The notes under the pieces: generated by a model
What the model saw: the letters and a program-made list of their open reading frames with translations, nothing else
What the model was told of the DNA's origin: nothing
Database searches by the model: none
IMG/VR virus record: IMGVR_UViG_3300037067_026718
Location: 64,001-128,000 of that record
DNA from: a virus
Lineage: Duplodnaviria; Caudoviricetes
Direction: 5' to 3' (one strand)
DNA length: 64,000 nt
Translations under genes and position numbers: made by a program
Shown here: piece by piece, positions 8,454 through 17,314 of the stretch
Layout of the letters: every line of letters begins with the position of its first letter
Position numbering within the stretch: the first letter of the stretch is position 1

Positions 8454-8773
8454 GAGGCAAGAGGCGATGGGATGACATTCAGAGTATAGATGTACTCGTA
8501 GACATTACTGTCCGTGTCGCTGAATATCACAGATACAGAGTAGTCGGGAGGAGATGCTTCCCCACCTTTGATGGTAAAACGAATGGTTCTGTAGTTGGCG
8601 CCGATGACCGATGCTTCTTCAAGCATGGCTTCAGTGACGTCTTCACCCTCGGAATTGATGATGGTGACCTCGAGGGAAGCCAGGACTATAGACGAGTTCT
8701 TCAGCCTTATCTCTGGGTCTACAAGCAGGAACGGCCGGCTTTCATTGCTTGTCTTCTGAATGTACATGTCCAT
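8450..8773 (-). CDS. Small Ig-like virion/adaptor protein
   Basis: Acidic beta-strand pattern (TIRFTIKGG..DYSVSV..YTLNV). Confidence 0.5.
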   Translation of the reverse strand: MDMYIQKTSNESRPFLLVDPEIRLKNSSIVLASLEVTIINSEGEDVTEAMLEEASVIGANYRTIRFTIKGGEASPPDYSVSVIFSDTDSNVYEYIYTLNVIPSPLAS

Positions 8774-8802
8774 GAAAACTCCTCTCTGATCGTTCTCTCT
8801 CT

Positions 8803-8830
8803 ATTATATCCCTCGAGGGCTCGGTGTCAC
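8803..8830 (-). promoter_or_regulatory. Class I promoter GTGACA-16-TATAAT
   Basis: Intergenic. Confidence 0.55.
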
Positions 8831-9240
8831 TAATGACGGGTTGGGAATCCGCATTCAGTCAATACGGTTCTCAGGTTGATCACGCTTTCACGAACAAGGA
8901 AAAAAAGAAAGCCGCGCTCCAATGCCTTGTCTCTGAATTGGACCTGCTCGTCCGAAAGCCGCCCTGTCTTGGTCTTCAGCTCGATGAACACGCCTTTCTT
9001 GTCCGGGAAGTTCGGGGGGGTGTCCATGATGAAGATATCCGGTACGCCTGGCTTCACTCCTCTTCTCTTGGCTTCTGCCCCGAATCGGCGACAGTACTCT
9101 TCGGGAGCTTTCATGGCCAAAGCAGCTCGATACGAGTTCGGGCTGGGATGGTACCAGAAAAGATCTGTCCGGTGATCTAGAAAAAAAGCACACTGTTCCT
9201 GGAGTATGTCCTCGATGTTACGATTCCGCCTAGCTGCCAT
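8830..9240 (-). CDS. VRR-NUC nuclease
   Basis: GVKPGVPDIFI, FIELKTKTGRLSDEQ; start at ATG 9240 (GGAGG RBS). Confidence 0.85.
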   Translation of the reverse strand: MAARRNRNIEDILQEQCAFFLDHRTDLFWYHPSPNSYRAALAMKAPEEYCRRFGAEAKRRGVKPGVPDIFIMDTPPNFPDKKGVFIELKTKTGRLSDEQVQFRDKALERGFLFFLVRESVINLRTVLTECGFPTRH

Positions 9241-9356
9241 TTCAAACCTCCAAGTAAAAGAGAGACATGATTGTCTCTCTTGATGATGAAGGGGGACACA
9301 AGGAAGAAGAGAATGCCCACCAGGATCATCAGAAACATTCTGAACATACCGAACAT
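9177..9356 (-). CDS. Possible 59-aa small membrane protein (MFGMFRMFLMILVGILFFLVSPFII...); below the ORF-track cutoff
   Basis: AAGGAG RBS and a hydrophobic N-terminus; overlaps the VRR-NUC start. Confidence 0.4.
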   Translation of the reverse strand: MFGMFRMFLMILVGILFFLVSPFIIKRDNHVSLLLGGLKWQLGGIVTSRTYSRNSVLFF

Positions 9357-9415
9357 AATGCTCCTTGGTAAGGGGCCCAGCGACCTGGACCCCCAACCGG
9401 TTGAGGACTCGAAGA

Positions 9416-9622
9416 CTAGGCGGCCTTGCCCTTGGCAGGAGCCTGGGTGACCTCGGCGACGGTTTCGGTCTTGTCGGTCTTGGCTATGACGCCTCTGACC
9501 TTCGAGACGAAGCGCGGAAGGACGAACACGGAAAGGATTGCCAGGGAGATCATGATGAAGACGGTGGTGCGAACGGCCTTGGACACGAGGCTACGGACGT
9601 GGTTCTTGGTGGTGATGAGCAT
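9416..9622 (-). CDS. Small single-TM basic protein
   Basis: GAGGAGG RBS and one TM helix. Confidence 0.7.
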   Translation of the reverse strand: MLITTKNHVRSLVSKAVRTTVFIMISLAILSVFVLPRFVSKVRGVIAKTDKTETVAEVTQAPAKGKAA

Positions 9623-9693
9623 AAGAATTCCTCCTCAAAGGATCGCCTATTGGTTTTTCGCGCTGGGGAGGAAGGCGTTCACCTCTCCCAGCA

Positions 9694-9723
9694 TTATATT
9701 TATATCTTTTTATATGCGTTTTT
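9694..9723 (-). promoter_or_regulatory. Class II motif AAAAAC-N10-AGATATAAATATAA
   Basis: AT-rich intergenic site; matches 46990-47019. Confidence 0.5.
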
Positions 9724-9769
9724 TCCATGTTTTTAAGGGCTTTTGTAAGGCTTGAAAATAGGGCATAAA

Positions 9770-9803
9770 AACAAAAAAGAGCCGCGGTTAAGCGGCCCTT
9801 CTT
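9770..9803 (-). terminator. Intrinsic terminator
   Basis: GGGCCGC/GCGGCTC stem followed by a T-run. Confidence 0.6.
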
Positions 9804-9817
9804 TGCAACGCGAACAA

Positions 9818-10024
9818 TCAGTTTTCCTGGCTGAACTCTCCGCAAGCCTCCTGGCTTTTCTTGACCGGTGGGATATGCGTGTAGACTTCAGGCACTGGAT
9901 TCCCTCCTGCTACCTTCGGAGGTTTGATCGCGATGAGATCAGCCTTGGGAGGATATCTTTTGCAGTACCCCTGTTCGGGGTCTATCCCGGGCTTGAAATG
10001 ACGGCACTCTCCGCAAGTACGCAT
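9818..10024 (-). CDS. Small Cys-rich protein
   Basis: CGECRHF..GYCKRYPP..ACGEF. Confidence 0.7.
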   Translation of the reverse strand: MRTCGECRHFKPGIDPEQGYCKRYPPKADLIAIKPPKVAGGNPVPEVYTHIPPVKKSQEACGEFSQEN

Positions 10025-10042
10025 TGATGGTTCCTTTCTAGT

Positions 10043-10465
10043 TTATTCGCTGATAGCGAAGATCAGCTCGATGACAGGGGCTTCTTCTTCCCCTACGTAT
10101 ACATACACTATAGGATTCCCGTCACTATCAACAAGGACGGGGAAAAGGAAGTTGAAGCCGAGGAGGCCAGGAGCCAGTTGTGTCAGGTTTATGGCTGCAT
10201 CGACAGCAACAGGGGAAACGATGGCTTCCGTGTCGTCGTTCACCGACCAAAGGATAGAATTGCTGCGGGTCGGAGCAGTGTTGTAGGCCATGCCTACAGC
10301 ATCTTCGACATCACTGGGATAAAAAACCGAAACACGAGTGGCCGTGCTCATGGGGATGGCATCTACCAACCCATTCTTCCCGAAACGATCTCCTCCCAAA
10401 ACAGGCACAATGTACTGAGCTCCTGCCTCATCGAAGGTAATGTTGAGCTTGACGATCGTGATCAT
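10043..10465 (-). CDS. Hypothetical (probably virion) protein
   Basis: Acidic, beta-rich; ATGA coupling to the upstream gene. Confidence 0.6.
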   Translation of the reverse strand: MITIVKLNITFDEAGAQYIVPVLGGDRFGKNGLVDAIPMSTATRVSVFYPSDVEDAVGMAYNTAPTRSNSILWSVNDDTEAIVSPVAVDAAINLTQLAPGLLGFNFLFPVLVDSDGNPIVYVYVGEEEAPVIELIFAISE

Positions 10466-10767
10466 TTGATAACTCCTCGCTTGAAGGCGTCTATGCCCCA
10501 GTTCCTGGGCTTGTTACTCTTGAACGGGTTGGTAGAAGACATCGGGAGCTTTTTGCTTGTAGGAAGCCTGTAGGAGCCCGGGAGCTTGCTGCTGAACGAC
10601 TGCTTGAAGGCAGTGTCCGCGGCTTGAGAAACATTCAGCTTGGGTGGCTTTATTTTAACTCCAGATATCGATGCCTTCTGTATCTTTGGGATCTGAGGTA
10701 TCTTTGCCTTTATGGCCTGGGCTCGTTTGACCATGGCATGAAATACTCTCCCTGCCTGAGAAGTCAT
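10462..10767 (-). CDS. Basic low-complexity protein with an N-terminal K-x-A motif
   Basis: FHAMVKRAQ followed by a Lys/Pro/Ser-rich body. Confidence 0.65.
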   Translation of the reverse strand: MTSQAGRVFHAMVKRAQAIKAKIPQIPKIQKASISGVKIKPPKLNVSQAADTAFKQSFSSKLPGSYRLPTSKKLPMSSTNPFKSNKPRNWGIDAFKRGVIK

Positions 10768-10771
10768 CAGA

Positions 10772-11086
10772 TCATCCCCTGCCGCCCAACATTATCATGT
10801 CGGGATCTTGTTCACCGGTTGGAGAGCCAGTAGCCTTTTCTGCTCCATGCACGATAACTCGAGGGATGAAGGTTTTGTTGCCGTTCACAAGGACAGGAGT
10901 CCACCCCGGTCTCGACCTGCCAGGTAGTACTTTGAAGGATGTACCGCGTTCAACATTCGAAACGACCGGGGATGAGTACGATGGCCGCAGATGGGCAACT
11001 CCGCTGATAACGGCTGTAACGGTGTCTGACTTGGATCTGGTCTTGATCTTGGAAGCTCTCTTGACCATTACACCGAATATGTTCAT
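10772..11086 (-). CDS. SH3b-like domain protein with an N-terminal K-x-A motif
   Basis: FGVMVKRAS; AHLRPSYSSPVVSNVERGTSFKVL...GWTPV.VNGNKTFIP. Confidence 0.65.
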   Translation of the reverse strand: MNIFGVMVKRASKIKTRSKSDTVTAVISGVAHLRPSYSSPVVSNVERGTSFKVLPGRSRPGWTPVLVNGNKTFIPRVIVHGAEKATGSPTGEQDPDMIMLGGRG

Positions 11087-11104
11087 TGCCTACCTCCACC
11101 CTTC

Positions 11105-11133
11105 ATCATACTCCGTTACGGTATTCAGGGCAA
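11105..11133 (-). promoter_or_regulatory. Class I promoter TTGCCC-17-TATGAT
   Basis: Upstream of the SH3 gene. Confidence 0.45.
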
Positions 11134-11604
11134 GAGGCCGATCTCCTGCATCGATACCGATCTGTCCCCGGCGAATAGAAGGTGGTCGATCAGTTTGATG
11201 TCTACAGCCTTCTCGAGCATGTCCTTCATGTCTGCGGTCAGTTGACGGTCCTGTCTGGAAAATTCGAGATTCCCTCCTGGATGTTGATGACAGACTATGG
11301 TGGCTACTGCGTTCATGTCCAACAAGAACTTAATCACTTTTCTCAGTGATACAGATGCCTGATCAACCGTCCCATTGGACACCTTGTAGATGCCAAGAAT
11401 CGCATGTGCGCTGTTGAGGGCTATGCTCCAAAACTCTTCGTATGGGGCATCTTTGAACATTGGGGCCATGAGTGTCTTAACCAACTCCTTGGCCTGTTCG
11501 GGTGATTTGATCGCTTCCTCTGGAACAGGCCCAGGGTAACGATGCCTTCGGGTGGTCTTGAAGCCGACGACCTTCTCCGCGATGTAGTAGGTTGTTTCTT
11601 TCAT
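11125..11604 (-). CDS. RadC-like JAB domain protein
   Basis: EEFWSIALN, GTVDQASV, HQHPGG.LEFSRQD, LIDHL. Confidence 0.9.
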   Translation of the reverse strand: MKETTYYIAEKVVGFKTTRRHRYPGPVPEEAIKSPEQAKELVKTLMAPMFKDAPYEEFWSIALNSAHAILGIYKVSNGTVDQASVSLRKVIKFLLDMNAVATIVCHQHPGGNLEFSRQDRQLTADMKDMLEKAVDIKLIDHLLFAGDRSVSMQEIGLLP

Positions 11605-11605
11605 G

Positions 11606-11896
11606 TCAGTCCACCATCCCTATCTCCCGCAGGAACTCCATGGTGATTCCTTCCGGGAGAAAAGCTTCGGAGCACGTTGGCTCTCCGCTTTCACATGCCA
11701 GCATTGCAATACCCTGCATCCTCTGGCCTGTTTTGTCTCTTGAAACACCGACGCCCCTGATGCGGCAGTACTCACCGGGCTTCAGGATCAAGTCAATGGT
11801 GACATCTTCCTTCTTGACTGTAGCGTTATTCCTGCTGGTGAAGATCGAAGGATGGCGCCGGATACTGTATCGGTCGCCGTCGATTTCAACGATCAT
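11606..11896 (-). CDS. Hypothetical protein
   Basis: RBS and operon packing. Confidence 0.55.
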   Translation of the reverse strand: MIVEIDGDRYSIRRHPSIFTSRNNATVKKEDVTIDLILKPGEYCRIRGVGVSRDKTGQRMQGIAMLACESGEPTCSEAFLPEGITMEFLREIGMVD

Positions 11897-11929
11897 ACGT
11901 TCCTTTCAGAAGAGGAAGTTGAACAAACA

Positions 11930-12151
11930 TCAGATGACCCCCATAAGCCGCAATCCGCTCATGACGGACTGGGTGTGGCAGACTTCACAGTAGCCTTTGT
12001 CCTGATCGGGTTCATAGGAAGCCACGTAATCGCAGCCGGGGTTCATGCAGATCCCCGGGACTACGTCTTCCATGGCAAATTCCTCGAGGAACTCTTCCGT
12101 GCTGCTCATGCCCTCGCTGTCCAGCAATGCCTGCATTTTGTCCATGTCCAT
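11930..12151 (-). CDS. Small acidic Zn-ribbon-like protein
   Basis: ICMNPGC...EPDQ..GYCEVC. Confidence 0.65.
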   Translation of the reverse strand: MDMDKMQALLDSEGMSSTEEFLEEFAMEDVVPGICMNPGCDYVASYEPDQDKGYCEVCHTQSVMSGLRLMGVI

Positions 12152-12612
12152 TACTGCCTTTCTTCCTGTTTCTTGAGTATGTCGCTCACGACTGCATGGC
12201 TGTGAGTGACTGCTTCCGGGAAGACAACCTCTTCCCGGCGGTCATTTGCGCTGAGATTGTCGGGATGAATGGCAAGCACGATTTCTCGATCGAAGGCCGG
12301 ATTGATCTGGTGCTCTTCCATCCACGTTCTGATCTTAGATGTATCGCCTACGAAGTTCAGGCATGCATTGCCCGTGAAGGTATGAACTCCGTTTCTCCGC
12401 ATACTCGGGTCGCTGTCCAGGCAGAACGGAAGGTCCCACCCCTTGAATACTGCGCAGCGTTTATCAGTGTTCAGGTAGTACTGTTTGCGCTTGCCTCTCT
12501 GCTTGAAGACAGGACCCTTGGGAGAGATCTGTGTGATGGTGATCTCGCTCTTGCCTCCAAAACACATGCTGTTTATAGCATATATTGTGTACTTCCCATT
12601 AGCCTCGAACAT
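12151..12612 (-). CDS. Hypothetical protein
   Basis: GAGGGG RBS; TAATG coupling to the downstream gene. Confidence 0.65.
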   Translation of the reverse strand: MFEANGKYTIYAINSMCFGGKSEITITQISPKGPVFKQRGKRKQYYLNTDKRCAVFKGWDLPFCLDSDPSMRRNGVHTFTGNACLNFVGDTSKIRTWMEEHQINPAFDREIVLAIHPDNLSANDRREEVVFPEAVTHSHAVVSDILKKQEERQ

Positions 12613-12625
12613 TGCTTCCCCTCTT

Positions 12626-12653
12626 AAAGAAAAGGCCCCGGTTGCCCGGGGCC
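12626..12653 (-). terminator. Intrinsic terminator
   Basis: GGCCCCGG/CCGGGGCC stem followed by TTTTCTTT. Confidence 0.7.
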
Positions 12654-12661
12654 GTGTCCTG

Positions 12662-13735
12662 TCATGCTCGTTTTTTGAGATCCCATCGAGCCTGGCTTGT
12701 CTTCGTTACCTTCGAAGTAAACGTACGTCTGGGAAAGAACTTGGTGTGAGCCTTGACCAATTCTGCTATCTTGGGGTTATCGGCCAGGAACTCCTCCCTG
12801 TAGAACCTCGACCCCAATGCCTTTTCCCATTCTATCTCGTACTCGCGGCAGTAGAACTTCTCCATTCCTTCGCCATGTTTTTCGACTATCAGCGCCGTTA
12901 TCTGATCCTCGATATCCTTTTTCTTTTTCTTGGCATCCTTTTCCTGGGCATCGAGTTCTTTGAGGGCGACGATGAGCTTGTATATAGCATCCTCGTTCGA
13001 AAGGTCAGCCATGCTTTTCTCGTGGATCATGAAGAACTCACGGCCAAGGCATGTCTCACCGAATGGGCATCCGCTGCATCGCTGCTCGGTTATCGGGGGT
13101 CGGTCTGGAATAGCTTTTGCAGCGACTACGCTCGACATAAACCAACTGCCGGCGTCGACCATGAGCTTCAGGGTCTCAACATCCCTTGGCACTACTTCGA
13201 TCTGAAAGTCGATCCCATCCGGCCACATCACAGCTACGTTGCAGAGGTCAAGTCCGGATATACCGAGGTAGTGTTGAGGCTGCAGTTTATACCCGACTGA
13301 GAGACCGTTTTCGATGAAGTCGTACCAGACATTCTGGTTCATGGTTTTGATTTCCAGGACTTCGAGCCGCCAGTCGGGTGGCATGGCAGGAACTCTATCC
13401 ATATTCCCGATCATCCAAGAAGGAACTTTTTGACCAGGCCACAGTTCTTTGGCCTTGGGACGCTTGTGTGAGAAACGACATCCGGTTGATGCCTTGAAAA
13501 GCTCAGCAACCACAGGCTCCAGGATATTGCCTCTCATGGCAGCCCTGGACGTTTCTTCCGGGAAGTTGGGTTTGGCGCCTATCTTGGTGTAAAAGAGTCT
13601 GCGCATGCAGGACCACTTGTAGTCATCCGGATGCATGCTGGAAAGGATGGGGGCCCAGTCGGACCCCCCGATGCCTTCCCTTCGCTTCGCATGCCAGAGC
13701 GGGGATTTCTGGATCCGTTGCAACATCGGTATCAC
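12662..13735 (-). CDS. YqaJ/lambda-exonuclease-like recombination nuclease
   Basis: WHAKRREGIGGSD, RGNILEP, GNMDR, LEIKT, YKLQPQHYL. Confidence 0.9.
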   Translation of the reverse strand: MIPMLQRIQKSPLWHAKRREGIGGSDWAPILSSMHPDDYKWSCMRRLFYTKIGAKPNFPEETSRAAMRGNILEPVVAELFKASTGCRFSHKRPKAKELWPGQKVPSWMIGNMDRVPAMPPDWRLEVLEIKTMNQNVWYDFIENGLSVGYKLQPQHYLGISGLDLCNVAVMWPDGIDFQIEVVPRDVETLKLMVDAGSWFMSSVVAAKAIPDRPPITEQRCSGCPFGETCLGREFFMIHEKSMADLSNEDAIYKLIVALKELDAQEKDAKKKKKDIEDQITALIVEKHGEGMEKFYCREYEIEWEKALGSRFYREEFLADNPKIAELVKAHTKFFPRRTFTSKVTKTSQARWDLKKRA

Positions 13736-13789
13736 ATAGCCTCCTTATGAAAGAGGCCGACCCCCATGGGCCGGCCCCATCCCCAACTC

Positions 13790-14629
13790 TTATTCAGGAT
13801 CATTTGCCTTATTGCCCAGCACATCGTTCAGATGCGCTTTGGCTTTGTCAGGATTCATGAGGTCCATGGATATCAGGACTGCCTGCATGAGCTCCTCAGG
13901 ATTCATGTCATCCGGATTCAAGGTCGTGAACTGTACTCCTCTTCTTTTTACCTCGGCTCCAAACTTGGCCTGGGTAACCTTCCTGACGGCAGAGACCGCC
14001 TTGATTCGAAGTGAGTTCGTGAGATCTTCCATGCCGGCGTTCTTGGCAATACTCATAGGAGAGTAAGCGTCTCTGAGCATTTCTTCTTCTTCTGCAGAGA
14101 GCTCTTTGGAATGCACAAGGAACACCTCAGCAAGGAAGTCTCTTTCTCCGTATGCCAGCGCTATGGTCGCGTTCTTGGAGTCTATACCTGAAACGTCGGA
14201 GGGCACACTCTGGGAATACCAGTCGCCTGTATCCACGTCTACCAGGTGAAAGACGATCCAAAAACGTTCTTTGGTCTCTGTGTACTCCTCGCGTGGAGTT
14301 CCACGATAAGTCGTTTTTGTACCAAGGATCTCGATCCTGTCAATCCCGCCATAGATGCAGGCGAGTCCGTGCTTGGCCATCAATGGCTTCACAACATCGA
14401 CGATCTGATGCTTGGTAATGTACCGTACAGTCCTGGTGGCGCTTACTTTCATCTCTCCCATGGGAGTGATCGCTTCGAGCTCACCTTGGACCTTGACGAT
14501 TTTGGCTGCCACCGTTTTAGGCGGAATACCAATCATTCGGGCACAAAAAAAGCCCCCCGGGTTGCAGGGGACTGTATCCTGACCTTCGCGTTCAACGCTT
14601 GCTGAACCAGTGCTTTCTTCTCCCGCCAT
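13790..14629 (-). CDS. ERF-family ssDNA-annealing protein (start uncertain; alternative ATG at 14536)
   Basis: KIVKVQGEL, VKPLMAKHGL, GIDSKNATIALAYGERDFL; adjacent to YqaJ. Confidence 0.75.
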   Translation of the reverse strand: MAGEESTGSASVEREGQDTVPCNPGGFFCARMIGIPPKTVAAKIVKVQGELEAITPMGEMKVSATRTVRYITKHQIVDVVKPLMAKHGLACIYGGIDRIEILGTKTTYRGTPREEYTETKERFWIVFHLVDVDTGDWYSQSVPSDVSGIDSKNATIALAYGERDFLAEVFLVHSKELSAEEEEMLRDAYSPMSIAKNAGMEDLTNSLRIKAVSAVRKVTQAKFGAEVKRRGVQFTTLNPDDMNPEELMQAVLISMDLMNPDKAKAHLNDVLGNKANDPE

Positions 14630-14996
14630 CGGATGTTCTCCATTTCTCGTACTTGGTCATGTCTTTCGCGCAATACTTCACGCCCATGGCAATGACCGCC
14701 AAGTCATCCAGGAAGCCCACTATGGGCAGAAAGTCAGGTACGGCGTCCAAGACCCATACCAGATATATGATTGCAGCACTGGCCGCCACAATGGTTTCGG
14801 TGGAAACGCTGAATTTCCCTACGAACGTGTCTTTTAGCATGTCGAGCATGGTCTTCAAGTTGTCCGCCTGCTCCTGCAGATCCGGACTGTCAGAAAGGGA
14901 TTCAGCCTTTCGCATATCTGATCCAGGAATGTGTGTAGCGTTCTTGGCCCTTATGGCTTCGAACTTATCCTTTGCATCTTGGATTTTGTCCCCCAT
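14592..14996 (-). CDS. YkvA/DUF1232-like membrane protein
   Basis: AIIYLVWVLDAVPDFLPIVGFLDDLAVI. Confidence 0.85.
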   Translation of the reverse strand: MGDKIQDAKDKFEAIRAKNATHIPGSDMRKAESLSDSPDLQEQADNLKTMLDMLKDTFVGKFSVSTETIVAASAAIIYLVWVLDAVPDFLPIVGFLDDLAVIAMGVKYCAKDMTKYEKWRTSDGGRRKHWFSKR

Positions 14997-15382
14997 TGCG
15001 GTCTCCTCGAGGGTAGAATGTAAGGCCGTCCTATTCGGCCTACCACTTTGTACCTCACTTGTATCAGTCCGACCCTTGCTCCCCTCAACTGCTTGAAAGC
15101 AGCCAATGACAGATCAATAGATCGTCCATCTACAAATGGTCCTCTATCGTTGACAACTACCGCTACACACCCCCCTTCTGTAATCTCCTCCACAAGAAGG
15201 ACTGTACCGAATGGGTACGACCTGTGGGCTGCTGTGAAGGCCATCATGTCGTAGACCTCTCCACTCGCGGTGATTCTACCGTGGAAAGGCTTTCCGTACC
15301 ATGAGCACCATACTGTTGTGTCTTCGTAGGGTTTCAGGAAAAAGGAAAAAGCAATGATGGCGGCCTCAATGTAAGGGCTCAT
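14951..15382 (-). CDS. rlpA: RlpA-like (DPBB) lytic transglycosylase
   Basis: SWYGKPFHGRITASGEVYD, TAAHRSYPFGT, VNDRGPF, IDLS.AAF. Confidence 0.88.
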   Translation of the reverse strand: MSPYIEAAIIAFSFFLKPYEDTTVWCSWYGKPFHGRITASGEVYDMMAFTAAHRSYPFGTVLLVEEITEGGCVAVVVNDRGPFVDGRSIDLSLAAFKQLRGARVGLIQVRYKVVGRIGRPYILPSRRPQWGTKSKMQRISSKP

Positions 15383-16161
15383 CTTATGCTCCTGGGGATC
15401 ATGGGGCAGACAGGAGCCCCGTTGAATATTGAATATGAACCTGGTTTGTTCAGGTCCAGTGCTCCGATGCCTTCTATACCTTTGACCTCCCTTCTTTTTA
15501 CGTTACCGCTTGGGGAACAAGCATATGATGGGACGAAAAGAAAAAAACCCACTTGATGCGATACTTTTATACCGTGTTTTTCGATTATTTTCCGTTGGAG
15601 CTCTTCCCGGCCTTGAAGAGCTGGTAGCGTTTTCCGACTGTAGAGCAAAGTCATAAGCTTTCTTTTGCTGGCCGCTCTCCTTGGCCTGATGTCGTCTACC
15701 ACCTTCTCTACATAACGACTGAGCCTTTCGGCATTCCATGCTTTGAACTGGGATCTCTTGCCTTCCCGGGCGGCTTCCCTTTTCATCCTGGTCATCAGGT
15801 AATGGGCTTTTATAGCCTCCGGAGCTTCGGTGGAAAGATCGGCATACCACAGCCTGCGTGATTGTATCAGCAACCCATGGTCGTATCCCCGCAGAAAACT
15901 GGGAGGAATATCCAATACCTCGGGGAGCATGCGGCGATCGATGAACTCAAAGCTTTCTCTGACTGCTGCGATCTTGGCTGTTGAATCTATGCATTCACCC
16001 CAGTCGATAATAAACTTGGGGCTGTATACTGCGGAAGAACGACTGCAGAGCTTATGAACGGTTTCAGGTGGCTGAGTCACCAATCCTGTTCCGTAATCCA
16101 CCCCATCGAATTGCAGGACACCTATTTCATTGATCGATAGATAGATGGAATAAGATTTCAT
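15379..16161 (-). CDS. Hypothetical protein
   Basis: Long ORF with ATGA coupling. Confidence 0.6.
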   Translation of the reverse strand: MKSYSIYLSINEIGVLQFDGVDYGTGLVTQPPETVHKLCSRSSAVYSPKFIIDWGECIDSTAKIAAVRESFEFIDRRMLPEVLDIPPSFLRGYDHGLLIQSRRLWYADLSTEAPEAIKAHYLMTRMKREAAREGKRSQFKAWNAERLSRYVEKVVDDIRPRRAASKRKLMTLLYSRKTLPALQGREELQRKIIEKHGIKVSHQVGFFLFVPSYACSPSGNVKRREVKGIEGIGALDLNKPGSYSIFNGAPVCPMIPRSIR

Positions 16162-16179
16162 TTTTTGTTCCTGTTCTTA

Positions 16180-16209
16180 AAGAAAAGGGCGCCTAAGCGC
16201 CCCATTCTT
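16180..16209 (-). terminator. Intrinsic terminator
   Basis: GGGCGC/GCGCCC stem followed by TTTTCTTT. Confidence 0.6.
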
Positions 16210-16222
16210 TGAAAGCATGGCC

Positions 16223-16684
16223 TCAGGACTGAGCGTCGATCGGGGGGAAGTCCTCTTCGCCCATGCCAGTGAGGGCGCCGGAACCAGCCAGTGTGGCGGC
16301 GATGTTCTCAGCCGCGAGATCCGGTTCGCTGCCAATGGTGGCATGCATGTCAGTCAAAGCCTTGACCGACTCGGAGAGGGATGTAATCGCCTCCGCCTGG
16401 CCGGCGATGATCTCTTCCTTCTGGTCTACTTCGCCTCCGCCCATGCCGATTCCCATAAGCTCGGGGGGAAGCCCCGGCATCATAGGATTCTGCATCCCGG
16501 CCATGGGGTCCTGTCCGGCCATAGCCGCAGCTTCTTCCGGAGTGGGTGGGGGAGGGGGTGGAGCAGCCGGCATTCCCATGTTGGGGTCCATGGGCATACC
16601 CATTCCACCGTCTCCAGCGCCAGCCATCATGGGATCGACCATCCCCTGGGCGACTTTCGTCAATATGGTATCGAACCTGTTCAT
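16223..16684 (-). CDS. Pro/Met/Gly-rich acidic protein with an N-terminal K-x-A motif
   Basis: FDTILTKVAQ followed by a low-complexity body. Confidence 0.7.
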   Translation of the reverse strand: MNRFDTILTKVAQGMVDPMMAGAGDGGMGMPMDPNMGMPAAPPPPPPTPEEAAAMAGQDPMAGMQNPMMPGLPPELMGIGMGGGEVDQKEEIIAGQAEAITSLSESVKALTDMHATIGSEPDLAAENIAATLAGSGALTGMGEEDFPPIDAQS

Positions 16685-16687
16685 CGC

Positions 16688-17314
16688 TTACCTTCCTATC
16701 ATCCGCATATTGGGACTGCTTAAACTTCCCTGAGGGGCCATCATGCCCTGCATAAGGCTCATGTATCTCTGGTTGGCCAAGGCGTTGGCCGCCATCTCCG
16801 TTTGCCTCAACCCGCGGTTGTGAGAAGAGATCCCGAGAGGTACTCCGATAGCAGAGGCGCCCAGGAGCAATTTCCCACCACGGCCCATGAACTTGTTCTG
16901 GCCATGCTTCATGTATTTCAGATATCTGGGGTCAGTGAAGACATCGGGGTACTTCTTGAAATATCCCTGCCTGCTGCGCAAAAACGACTGTATCTGACCT
17001 GGCTTCATTCCCATGATACGAGCTCTGTTAAGAGCTGCATCAAGAGGCGCTGTGCCCTGCCTGAACTGACGCTGGTAAGCGGAAGGAGCTATTCCGGCAA
17101 GCAATTCCCTCACGTTCTTGAGCAGTCTCCATCCTTCATGCATCGCCTGGCCGCCACCGCCTTCTCCACGTATGACCTTGGATGCGTTTTGCAAGAAGTT
17201 GGAGATCTGAGCCCAGTTCGGCCCGGCAGCGGTTTTGATGACTACATCTGCTTCGGCATGGGCCATCTTAACGAAAGCCCTTACTGCATCTCTCCGTATC
17301 TCCTGATAGCTCAT
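16688..17314 (-). CDS. K-x-A protein with a C-terminal Gly-rich hydrophobic helix
   Basis: Start at ATG 17314 (ATGA overlap); FVKMAH, VIKTAA; LLLGASAIGVPLGI. Confidence 0.65.
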   Translation of the reverse strand: MSYQEIRRDAVRAFVKMAHAEADVVIKTAAGPNWAQISNFLQNASKVIRGEGGGGQAMHEGWRLLKNVRELLAGIAPSAYQRQFRQGTAPLDAALNRARIMGMKPGQIQSFLRSRQGYFKKYPDVFTDPRYLKYMKHGQNKFMGRGGKLLLGASAIGVPLGISSHNRGLRQTEMAANALANQRYMSLMQGMMAPQGSLSSPNMRMIGR

